Origin: a bacterium | Lineage (GTDB): Bacteria > Patescibacteriota > Minisyncoccia > UBA6257 > UBA9933 | Length of the DNA: 36,768 bases | Assembly: GCA_021791445.1 (NCBI GenBank) | Contig: JAJYWO010000016.1 | Location: forward strand, 1-36,768 | Reading direction: 5' to 3' | Shown here: positions 9,150-17,150 of the stretch, piece after piece | How the letters are laid out: each line of letters starts with the position of its first letter | Numbering within the stretch: position 1 is the first letter of the stretch | Made by a program: the position numbers and the translations under genes | Notes under the pieces: generated by a model | Told to the model about the DNA's origin: nothing | The model's input: only the letters and a program-made list of their open reading frames with translations | Databases searched by the model: none

Positions 9150-9476
9150 TTACGCCGCCACGCCGATTTTTTGGCGAGAAACTTTTTTGGAAACTTTTCT
9201 CAAAAAATAAAGTTTTGATCGATGAACTTTTTTAGGAGAACTTAGAATTTCAACTTTTGCGATTATTGGAGAATTAATCGGATAATTTTTCTCAACCGCA
9301 ATATCGCCAAACATCGCGCGCACGGTAAAAGTGGCGCCGGTTTCCTTGCCGTGTTTTCTGGCAAGCACCACGCCCTTAAAATTACTGATTCTTTCCTTAT
9401 CTTTTTCCTTAATTCTCTCCGAAACCTTCACAACCGCCCCTGATTTGATTTTTTTCAAAATTTCCTCGTTTATCAT
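9150..9476 (-). CDS. rplS: 50S ribosomal protein L19
   Basis: KERISNFKGVVLARK, TFTVR, RSKLYFLR; ATG at 9476 preferred to TTG at 9485. Confidence 0.95.
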   Translation of the reverse strand: MINEEILKKIKSGAVVKVSERIKEKDKERISNFKGVVLARKHGKETGATFTVRAMFGDIAVEKNYPINSPIIAKVEILSSPKKVHRSKLYFLRKVSKKVSRQKIGVAA

Positions 9477-9515
9477 AAATAACAATTTAATTCAAAAAAG
9501 ATTTTAAGTCAATAA

Positions 9516-10208
9516 CTATTTCCCTAATCTCCTCTCAACGCCTCTGAATTTTTCAACTGTTTTTTTAAATTCTTTTTCCGAAAAATCCGGCCATAGCGTT
9601 TCGGTAAAATAAAACTGGGCGTTTGCGGTATCCCACATCATAAAACCTTCAGACCAATGCGACCAATTCGCTTCTCCGCCGGTACGGACAACCAAATCAA
9701 CCGGCGGCAAATCTTTCGTCCAAAGATTATTTTTAATCGTTGCGTCAATAATTTTTAATTTCGCTATTTTCTTAATCGCCTCTTTCATTTCGTCCATCCC
9801 GCTGTAAGCAAGCAAAAAAGTCAGATTGAAATTTTTGTAATTTTTTGTCGCCTCCATCGCTTCTTTTATGGCGCGCTTCGCTTTTTCCGGAAAAAATTCT
9901 TCCCACCTGCCCAAAACGCGAATTTTCACTTTCCTTTCGTGAATCATTTTGTCTTTTGCCAATCTTTTGAAATATTCTTCAAACAACCTGAACAAAAAAA
10001 CTTTTTCCATTTTCGGCCGCTTCAAAACATTGCCCACCGAACAGCCCCAAAAAGTGAAGTAAGGGATTCCGGAATTGACAGCGGCTTCCAGAATTTTCTC
10101 CGCGGTTTTCGCGCCTTCACGATGCCCAAAAAAAGACGGTATTCGCTTCTTTTTCGCCCAACGCCTGTTGCCGTCGGGAATAATGGCTATGTGGGTTAAT
10201 TTATTCAT
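9516..10208 (-). CDS. uppS: polyprenyl (undecaprenyl) diphosphate synthase
   Basis: HIAIIPDGNRRWAK, GHREG, DLVVRTGGE, LWPDF; start moved to ATG 10208 because the longer ORF runs into tRNA-Ala. Confidence 0.93.
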   Translation of the reverse strand: MNKLTHIAIIPDGNRRWAKKKRIPSFFGHREGAKTAEKILEAAVNSGIPYFTFWGCSVGNVLKRPKMEKVFLFRLFEEYFKRLAKDKMIHERKVKIRVLGRWEEFFPEKAKRAIKEAMEATKNYKNFNLTFLLAYSGMDEMKEAIKKIAKLKIIDATIKNNLWTKDLPPVDLVVRTGGEANWSHWSEGFMMWDTANAQFYFTETLWPDFSEKEFKKTVEKFRGVERRLGK

Positions 10209-10211
10209 TTT

Positions 10212-10282
10212 TGGACCTAGGCGGAATCGAACCGCCGTCTCGTCAATGCGAATGACGCGTGCTGCCACTATACCATAGGCCC
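10212..10282 (-). tRNA. tRNA-Ala(CGC)
   Basis: GGGCCTA...TAGGTCC-A acceptor with G3:U70; anticodon arm CGTCA-TTCGCAT-TGACG. Confidence 0.93.
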
Positions 10283-10284
10283 GT

Positions 10285-10329
10285 TCGGGGTGCCGAGATC
10301 CGCTAACTGGCGGAGAACTCGAGTTTCAT
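10285..10329 (-). pseudogene. tRNA-Pro-like 3' half with its T loop interrupted by a TCCGCC..GCGGA palindrome
   Basis: Minus strand CGAGTTC-[TCCGCCAGTTAGCGGA]-TCTCGGCACCCCGA resembles a T arm plus Pro-type acceptor 3' strand. Confidence 0.5.
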
Positions 10330-10383
10330 AAGTTTCTTACGAAATTTCCAGTGAATGCTTCGCATTCCCGTTCAGAAACTTTT

Positions 10384-10454
10384 TCGGGCCGCCGGGAATT
10401 GAACCCGGTTCTCACGCACCCGAAGCGCGTATACTACCGGTGTACTACGGCCCG
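10384..10454 (-). tRNA. tRNA-Pro(CGG)
   Basis: CGGGCCG...CGGCCCG-A acceptor; anticodon loop TTCGGGT; T arm GGGTTCAATTCCC. Confidence 0.93.
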
Positions 10455-10586
10455 AAAAAGTTTCTGAACCCCAAAGTGTTTATATTATTATACCCCACCT
10501 CAATAAACCAAATAAAATCCTACCAGTTTTTTTATTTTTTTGAAAGAGGTATAATTATTCCAGAACAAAAAAGGAGGTGAAATACG

Positions 10587-10934
10587 ATGGAACCGAAAGA
10601 AATCGAGATAATCAAAAAACTGGTTGAATTTTTAGAAGTCGCCAGAAAATCCAACCATGTGACTTATCACGCGATGGTTGACAGCGAAAATCTGAAAGAA
10701 ATGCTGAAAGCGGTAAAAAAAATAACGCAGTGGAGCGAAGAAGATGAAAAACGAGTTATTGAACTCGCGGAAAAATTCAAAAAAGAAACGGAGGGGAAAA
10801 CGCTGAAAGAAAAAAGCGATAAGTTGAAAAATATTATGAAAACCGGCGGTCGCACCGTATTGATAAGCGCGATAGCCGGCGGTATCGGCTTTGCCACTTA
10901 TCGTTTACTAAAAACAAATGGCGCCAAGAAATAG
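10587..10934 (+). CDS. hypothetical protein with C-terminal hydrophobic helix
   Basis: 115-aa ORF preceded by AAGGAGGTGA (10571-10580) and an upstream TATAAT. Confidence 0.75.
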   Translation: MEPKEIEIIKKLVEFLEVARKSNHVTYHAMVDSENLKEMLKAVKKITQWSEEDEKRVIELAEKFKKETEGKTLKEKSDKLKNIMKTGGRTVLISAIAGGIGFATYRLLKTNGAKK

Positions 10935-10940
10935 GCGCCT

Positions 10941-12419
10941 TTATTTTACATAAAACTTTGATTTTATTTCTTCTTCTATTCCTGATTCAAATTCGTTTTT
11001 TCGTTCCCGCGCGGCTTTCGCCATTTTTTCAAGTTCAACGTCGCTCAATTTCCATAATTTCTCAACTCTTATTTCTAATTTCTTTTTATCGTTTTTCTCC
11101 GGTTTTTCAATCACCTCATCAAGTAAAATTGATAAAATCCAGCCGATTTTATGACCAGGTTTGATTTTCAAAATCTCCATAATGCTGTCACCGTTAATTT
11201 TCAGCATTTTCGGCGAAATCGGGTCGCGCTTCACTTTTTCAATCATAAAAAGCAAATGCCGCAATTTGTAAGGCAGGGCTTTGGGCACGCCGGAACCGAT
11301 TCTGTCCGCCTCGCGCACTTTTATTAAATCGTCTATATTTTCGGCGCCAACACGCGCCAGAAATCTCCGCACTCCGGAAGCGGTCACTTCACCGACATTG
11401 TAATAAAAAAGATGATACCGAACCAAATGAATGACTTTTTCGGCGATGTTGTTGGGAAAGCGCAAATTATCCATAATTTTCGCCGTTATCTTCGCGCCGA
11501 CAACTTCGTGGTTGTAAAAAGTGCAATCCGGGCCTTCGCCGGCTTTTGTTCTCGGTTTGCCGACATCATGAAGTAAGCTCGCCAGCCGAATTTCCAAAGA
11601 ATAATTTTTCTTGGCCGCATAATCCAAGGCCCGCAGATTATGTTCCCAAATCGTGTAAATATGGTGCTTGTTTTGGCCGTTATCAATCCCCTCGCGCAAT
11701 TCCGGCACAATGTATTTCAGCAAACTGGTTTCTTCAAGCAGCTCAACTCCCCTTTTCGCCAAGGGCGTCATTATGATTTTTATAAATTCGTCGCGAATTC
11801 TTTCTTTGGCAATCATTTCAATTAACCCGGCTTCTTTTTTAATCGCCTTGAAAGTTTTTTCCTCTATTTCAAAACCAAGCTGAACCGAAAATCTTATCGC
11901 CCGCATCAAGCGCAAAGCGTCTTCGTTAAACCTTTCTTCCGGCTTGCCGACAGTGCGAATGATTTTATTCTTAATATCTTTTTGCCCATTAAAAATATCG
12001 ATTAATTTGCAATTCGCATGCATTCGCAGATTGGCATCACATTGTAATGCTATGGCATTACAAGTAAAATCGCGGCGGCTTAAATCCTCCTCTACTGTTT
12101 TGGCGAATTTAATCTCATCCGGGTGCCGCTTGTCTGTGTATTTTCCTTCTAAACGAAAAGTTGTTATTTCCACAATTTTTAACCTTTCATTTTCGCTTTG
12201 AGTTTTCACGGCAACGGTTCCAAATTTATTTTCATAAACGCTATCCGGAAAAATTTTCTGAATTTCCTGCGGCTTGGCGTTAGTCGTGATATCCCAATCT
12301 TTCGGCTCCTTATCCATCAACAAATCCCTCACGCACCCGCCCACCAAATACGCTTCAAAACCCGCTTTTTGAAGCTTTTCGCAAATATCCAAAATTTCTT
12401 CGGGGATATTGAATCTCAT
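10941..12419 (-). CDS. cca: CCA tRNA nucleotidyltransferase with HD domain
   Basis: VGGCVRD...DWDITT, EDLSRRDFT, EDALRLMRAIRF, ERIRDE, LLHDVGKP; CCA-adding versus poly(A) specificity is inferred. Confidence 0.9.
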   Translation of the reverse strand: MRFNIPEEILDICEKLQKAGFEAYLVGGCVRDLLMDKEPKDWDITTNAKPQEIQKIFPDSVYENKFGTVAVKTQSENERLKIVEITTFRLEGKYTDKRHPDEIKFAKTVEEDLSRRDFTCNAIALQCDANLRMHANCKLIDIFNGQKDIKNKIIRTVGKPEERFNEDALRLMRAIRFSVQLGFEIEEKTFKAIKKEAGLIEMIAKERIRDEFIKIIMTPLAKRGVELLEETSLLKYIVPELREGIDNGQNKHHIYTIWEHNLRALDYAAKKNYSLEIRLASLLHDVGKPRTKAGEGPDCTFYNHEVVGAKITAKIMDNLRFPNNIAEKVIHLVRYHLFYYNVGEVTASGVRRFLARVGAENIDDLIKVREADRIGSGVPKALPYKLRHLLFMIEKVKRDPISPKMLKINGDSIMEILKIKPGHKIGWILSILLDEVIEKPEKNDKKKLEIRVEKLWKLSDVELEKMAKAARERKNEFESGIEEEIKSKFYVK

Positions 12420-12499
12420 TAAATTTTATTATAAACTAATTCATATTATCCGCAAACAATTCGTCTTTAAACAAGTTATCTGAAATAAATTAAATTTTT

Positions 12500-12874
12500 A
12501 TGCTTCCAAAACCTTACAAAAACGCAATAATCTATGAGGACAAAAAACTTTATGCCTGTTTAGCCAATGAACCTATTGTAGATGGTCATACGGTTGTTGT
12601 CTGGAAAGATAAGGTTGCTGACTTACATTTACTCACCAGAAAAAACTATGAGTATTTAATGGAAAGAGTAAATGAAATTAGAAATGCAATGTTAAAAGCG
12701 CTAAGAGTTGAAAAGGTCTATCTGTTATACATGGACGAGACGAAACAAGTTCATTGGCATCTAGTGCCTAGATACAGCAAAAGGGGTTTTGTAAATTTAT
12801 TACAAAGGCCTGAAAAAATAAAAGACTTCTCACTCGATAATAAAATACGAAAGTATTTAAGCATAAAAATTTAA
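12500..12874 (+). CDS. HIT family protein
   Basis: GHTVVV and QVHWHLVPR (degenerate histidine triad). Confidence 0.85.
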   Translation: MLPKPYKNAIIYEDKKLYACLANEPIVDGHTVVVWKDKVADLHLLTRKNYEYLMERVNEIRNAMLKALRVEKVYLLYMDETKQVHWHLVPRYSKRGFVNLLQRPEKIKDFSLDNKIRKYLSIKI

Positions 12875-13142
12875 TTTACATCCAATAACACCGAATATGA
12901 GGAAAAATGAAATTCGCTTTTATAGATTATGGACTTGAATTTCATTTTTTACCCAAATTTTTGCCCTTTTCTTCTCTTGAAATATAATAAGGAAGCGGGC
13001 AAAAACTTCGTTTATTCGGATACGTTAAACGAAATTTTGTTCAAAAATATTTTTCCTTGAACAATTCTATGGAATTGTTCAAGGATTTAGAAACCGCATC
13101 GGCGGATTTTTTATTGAGCCCTTTTTTGATTTTTTTGGAAAG

Positions 13143-13173
13143 AAAAAAGGTCACTGAGTATTTCAATGACCTT
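13143..13173 (-). terminator. intrinsic terminator for the small membrane ORF
   Basis: aaggtcactga-gtatt-tcaatgacctt hairpin followed by a U run on the minus strand. Confidence 0.6.
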
Positions 13174-13195
13174 GGAATGTGAAAAAAGTTTAAAG

Positions 13196-13354
13196 TTACT
13201 CTTTCTTATCCACTGCGAATCTCATAAGAAATCCAAGTGCTGTGATTCCCCAAAATGTTGCGAATCCGTAGTAAATACTGTGTGAGCCTATTGCCACTGC
13301 AAACGCCGACAATAATGCTAAGACATAACCCATCCCAAAATTAGGATTTTTCAT
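13196..13354 (-). CDS. 52-aa two-TM small membrane protein (absent from the ORF track)
   Basis: MKNPNFGMGYVLALLSAFAVAIGSHSIYYGFATFWGITALGFLMRFAVDKKE*; AGGAGG 5 nt upstream; upstream TTGACA; downstream terminator. Confidence 0.7.
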   Translation of the reverse strand: MKNPNFGMGYVLALLSAFAVAIGSHSIYYGFATFWGITALGFLMRFAVDKKE

Positions 13355-13492
13355 AATAGCCTCCTATGTGATTGTTTATGAACAATTTAACGCCAAATTA
13401 GCATCTAAAATAAAATAACATAAAAATAACTAATTTGTCAAGCCTACGCGTCCCCTACCCAACATCCAAAATATTATTTACACTATGCTTAT

Positions 13493-13564
13493 GTCCTCGT
13501 AGTGAAATGGATATCACGACTGCCTTCGAAGCAGTTATTGGGGGTTCAAATCCCTCCGAGGACG
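13493..13564 (+). tRNA. tRNA-Arg(TCG)
   Basis: GTCCTCG...CGAGGAC-G acceptor; anticodon arm ACTGC-CTTCGAA-GCAGT. Confidence 0.93.
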
Positions 13565-13696
13565 CAAGCGAATGAAATGAGCGCCGAATAAAATGAGTGC
13601 AGTGTCGAGGCTAGGGATTTGAAGGGTTCTACGAGCGCAATCCGCCTTTGGCGGATGAGCACGTATAGAACCCAGGGACATAATCCCTCCGAGGAC
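13549..13696. repeat. tRNA 3'-end direct repeat enclosing a nested hairpin element
   Basis: aatccctccgaggac at 13549-13563 and 13682-13696. Confidence 0.8.
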
Positions 13697-13750
13697 ACAA
13701 ATTTTTCTTGATTTTTAAATTTTAAAATTTTATATTTAAATGTGTTCAGC

Positions 13751-13823
13751 GCATCCCTAGCTCAACTGGCAGAGCAGATCCCTCTTAAGGATAAGGTTCC
13801 GGGTTCGACTCCCGGGGGATGCA
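13751..13823 (+). tRNA. tRNA-Lys(CTT)
   Basis: GCATCCC...GGGATGC-A acceptor; anticodon loop CTCTTAA. Confidence 0.95.
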
Positions 13824-13866
13824 CAAAAATTGAAAAATTAAAAATAAAAATGTAAAATAACCAAAC

Positions 13867-13940
13867 GCGGGGTTAGTATAGTGGTAATACACCTCCTTGC
13901 CATGGAGGAGACGCGAGTTCGATTCCCGTACCCCGCTCCA
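13867..13940 (+). tRNA. tRNA-Gly(GCC)
   Basis: GCGGGGT...ACCCCGC-TCCA; anticodon arm CCTCC-TTGCCAT-GGAGG; one A-C mismatch in the T stem. Confidence 0.93.
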
Positions 13941-13992
13941 AGATTTCACTTTCATTTGACTTGTTAACATTTTACCCTTTTAATCGTTATAT

Positions 13993-14499
13993 ATGATAGA
14001 TGGTGAAAAACAACTAATTCAAGATGCCATCGGTGGCGAGGCTTCGGCTTTTGGCCTGCTTTATGATAGATATCAGCCGCAAATATACCGGTTTATCTAT
14101 CTTAAGGTCAGTCATCGTGAGGAAGCCGAAGACCTCTGCCATCAAGTATTTCTGAAAGCTTGGCAGAACATTAAAACCTATAAGCATAAAGGATTCCCCT
14201 TTTCCGCTTGGCTTTATGTTATTGCCAGAAATAAGGTAATTGACCATTACAAGCAAAACAGAATAACCATTGATATTGAAACCGTACATTTATCAATTGA
14301 AGACAGAACGGCGGATATGAATGATGCGAAACAAGCAATCGCCAAACTTTCCCCGATTGAACAAGATATTGTCATTATGAGATTTGTGGAAGATTTGCCG
14401 ATAAAAGAAGTGGCGAAAAATTTAAATAAAAGCGAACTCACGATAAGAGTGACGCAAAACAGAGCGATAAAAAAACTGCAAAAAATATTAAATCAATGA
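13993..14499 (+). CDS. ECF (sigma-70 family) RNA polymerase sigma factor
   Basis: AFGLLYDRY, AEDLCHQVFLKAW, FSAWLYVIARN and region 4 HTH. Confidence 0.93.
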   Translation: MIDGEKQLIQDAIGGEASAFGLLYDRYQPQIYRFIYLKVSHREEAEDLCHQVFLKAWQNIKTYKHKGFPFSAWLYVIARNKVIDHYKQNRITIDIETVHLSIEDRTADMNDAKQAIAKLSPIEQDIVIMRFVEDLPIKEVAKNLNKSELTIRVTQNRAIKKLQKILNQ

Positions 14500-14999
14500 A
14501 AAACGATTTGTTTACAACTTTAAAAGGATTAAAAAATATCCAACCTGACAGCGAATACTCAAATAATTCGCGGAATTTTATTTTATCTCAAACGCAGATT
14601 AGCGCCGATTTAAATACTGATTTACGCGGATTTAAAAATTGGTTTGATTTGAAACATTCTTTGATGCTCGCCGGAGCGCTGGCCAGTTTCATTTTTATAG
14701 TTTTAATCGCTGTTTCCTATCTTCCGGGCAATAAAAACAGCCTTGTTGCCGAAGCGAACGAAATCAACGCTTCCATTCAAGTCAAACTGGATGAAATCGG
14801 CTACCAACTGGATAACCAAAAAATAGATTTTTCAATGGCGTCAAACATCCAGAATATCCTCAAAACAACCGTTGACGAACTCGCCCAAGCCCAGGAAGAA
14901 CTGAAAAACAACCCGGACAAACTCAAAGAATCGGTGAAAAAAATCAAAAAAGCCGAACAAGATATAGCCAAAATAAACGAACTTCTGCAAAGCAAATAA
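14496..14999 (+). CDS. putative membrane anti-sigma factor
   Basis: ATGA overlap with the sigma stop; one TM helix then a helical domain; function inferred from position. Confidence 0.65.
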   Translation: MKNDLFTTLKGLKNIQPDSEYSNNSRNFILSQTQISADLNTDLRGFKNWFDLKHSLMLAGALASFIFIVLIAVSYLPGNKNSLVAEANEINASIQVKLDEIGYQLDNQKIDFSMASNIQNILKTTVDELAQAQEELKNNPDKLKESVKKIKKAEQDIAKINELLQSK

Positions 15000-15027
15000 A
15001 AATCCCGCCATTAGCGGGATTTTTATT
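14995..15027. terminator. bidirectional intrinsic terminator
   Basis: aaataaaaatcccgc-catta-gcgggatttttattt between convergent genes. Confidence 0.8.
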
Positions 15028-15057
15028 TAAATGCTTAAATATTTAAATCTTTAAATA

Positions 15058-15333
15058 TTATTTAACGGCCTCTTTCAAAGCTTTAGCGGCTCTGAATTTC
15101 GGCTTAATGGAAGCAGCGATTTGAATCCTTTCTCCTGTTTTCGGATTGATTCCCATTCTTGCCGCTCTTTTCGCAACCTTAAAAGTTCCGAAACCGGCAA
15201 TAGCCACTTCTTCTCCTTTGGCCATCGTCTTGGTAATGGTGTCAAAAATAGCGTTAATCACTTCCGCCGCGCGCTTCTTCACTTCAATTTCGCCGGCTTT
15301 CATTACCACTTCAACAAGATCTTGCTTCTTCAC
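15058..15333 (-). CDS. hup: DNA-binding protein HU
   Basis: GFGTFKVAKRAARMGINPKTGE...PKFRAAKALK. Confidence 0.95.
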   Translation of the reverse strand: MKKQDLVEVVMKAGEIEVKKRAAEVINAIFDTITKTMAKGEEVAIAGFGTFKVAKRAARMGINPKTGERIQIAASIKPKFRAAKALKEAVK

Positions 15334-15477
15334 GAGTTTATAAAGTTTATAAAGTTATAAGGTTATAAAGTTTTTTTACTTTATAACTTTATGAACTTTA
15401 TAACTTTTAACTAACTCTTTCGACCTTTATTTATTTGCTTTAATTATACAGATAAAACCTAATCAAAACAACCCCCT

Positions 15478-16998
15478 CTATTTCGCGTATTCCGCCGACC
15501 TTGTTTCCCTGATAACATTCACTTTTATCTCGCCGGGATATTTTAATTCGGCCTCAATCTTGTTCGCGATGTCCCGCGCCAATTGCAAAACCCCAAAGTC
15601 ATCAATTTTTTCCGGAACCACAAAGACTCTAATTTCCCTTCCCGCGGAAAGCGCGTAAGCGTTTTTCACGCCTTCAAATCCGGTGGCGATTTTTTCCAAT
15701 TCCTCCAAACGCTTAATGTAATTTTCTAAAGTGTCTCGGCGCGCGCCCGGCCTGGAAGCGGACAAAGCGTCGGCAGCCGCCACAATAAACGATTCCGGCG
15801 TTGAGAACGGATATTCCTCGTGGTGCGCTTCCATCGCCTTGATTATTTCGTCTTTGATTCCGAATTTTCTCAAAATCCTCTGTCCCACTTCAACGTGTTT
15901 CCCTCCGACTTCCTGATCAACGGCCTTGCCGATGTCGTGCATTAAAGCGCCGGTTTTGGCTATTTCCACATTGAGCCCTAATTCCTCCGCCAATAAACCC
16001 GCAATATGAGCGCATTCAATGGAATGATTTAAAACATTCTGGCCGTAACTGGTGCGGAAATGAAGCCGCCCCAAAAGCTGGATTATTTCTTTAGGCAGAT
16101 TGTAAACGCCGACTTCGTAAGCCGCTTCCTCGCCTTTTTCCATCATTCTTTTCGCGATTTCCTGCCTCGCTTCTTCCACTTTTTCCTCGATTTTCGCCGG
16201 TTGAATCCTGCCGTCTTTCACAAGCTTTTCCAAGGCTGATTTGGCGATTTCCCGCCTCAACGGATCAAAAGAAGAAATAATTATCGCGCCCGGCGTCTCG
16301 TCAACGATAAATTCCACTCCGGTTTCGCGCTCCAAAGCCCTAATATTCCTTCCTTCGCGGCCGATAATTTTTCCCTTCATATCCTCGTCTTCAAGATTAA
16401 AAACGCTGGTGGTAACTTCGGCGACATGCGAACGCGAAAGCCGCTGTATTGCCGCCGTCATAATTTCAACTCCCTTGCGTTCCATTTCCTCATTCCGCTC
16501 CTTAATCATTTTTTGCGCAACTTGTGCCAAATCATCCTTAAATTTCTCCCTTACGCTTTCCAAAAGCTTTTCCTTCGCCTCAACTTCGCTGAGTTTGGCG
16601 ATTTTTTCAAACTCCAAAGAAAGTTTTTGTTTATCTTCGTCAAACCGGACTCTGGCGGCTTTTATTTTTTCAACATCTTCCTTAACTTGCCCCTCCTGGA
16701 AACGAATATCCTGCCATTGCCTTTCCAGCGTTTCTTCCCGCTTTAAAAGGCGCTCCTCAACGCGGTCCAACTGCGATTTCCTTTCTTTTTCTTCTTTTTT
16801 TATTTCCTCGCTTAAATCAACCGCCTTTTTTTGCGCTTCAACGATTATTTCTTTCGACTTTAATTCCGCCTCTTCCAAGCGTTTTTTTATTATTTGCTCA
16901 ACCGACCCTTCCTTTTTGGCGGAAAGATATTTTTTAGCGATATAGCCGGCAAGAAACCCGGCTAAAATTAAAACTGCCCAAAAAATTGGATTCTGCAT
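15478..16998 (-). CDS. rny: ribonuclease Y
   Basis: N-terminal TM, coiled coil, KH (KGKIIGREGRNIR), HD (RTSYGQN..HS, MHDIGK, ADALSASRPGAR); ATG 16998 preferred. Confidence 0.96.
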   Translation of the reverse strand: MQNPIFWAVLILAGFLAGYIAKKYLSAKKEGSVEQIIKKRLEEAELKSKEIIVEAQKKAVDLSEEIKKEEKERKSQLDRVEERLLKREETLERQWQDIRFQEGQVKEDVEKIKAARVRFDEDKQKLSLEFEKIAKLSEVEAKEKLLESVREKFKDDLAQVAQKMIKERNEEMERKGVEIMTAAIQRLSRSHVAEVTTSVFNLEDEDMKGKIIGREGRNIRALERETGVEFIVDETPGAIIISSFDPLRREIAKSALEKLVKDGRIQPAKIEEKVEEARQEIAKRMMEKGEEAAYEVGVYNLPKEIIQLLGRLHFRTSYGQNVLNHSIECAHIAGLLAEELGLNVEIAKTGALMHDIGKAVDQEVGGKHVEVGQRILRKFGIKDEIIKAMEAHHEEYPFSTPESFIVAAADALSASRPGARRDTLENYIKRLEELEKIATGFEGVKNAYALSAGREIRVFVVPEKIDDFGVLQLARDIANKIEAELKYPGEIKVNVIRETRSAEYAK

Positions 16999-17150
16999 AA
17001 TTAAAAAATCTGCGAATTGCAAATTCGATACGAATATACGAATTTTTCATATGGTCGTAAGTATTCCGCATTTCGCAGTTTATTGGTTTTTATAACTTAT
17101 AATCATTTGCGACAAATCAATTATAAGGTTAAAATAAAACAAAGTAAAGT

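Noticed and set aside
10209-10268. N-terminal extension of uppS given in the ORF track
   Set aside because: It overlaps tRNA-Ala; ATG at 10208 gives a normal UppS N-terminus
10285-10500. Split or intron-containing tRNA-Pro(TGG) using CACTTTGGGG at about 10469-10478 as the anticodon arm
   Set aside because: No D arm or matching acceptor 5' strand; the upstream GGGGTATAAT reads better as the tRNA promoter
13785-13970. 61-aa minus-strand ORF
   Set aside because: It is an antisense translation of tRNA-Lys and tRNA-Gly
15336-15410. CRISPR array or iteron origin from the periodic repeats (also 27365-27432 and 32280-32390)
   Set aside because: Units are 7-9 nt, degenerate and have no unique spacers; no cas or rep gene is present
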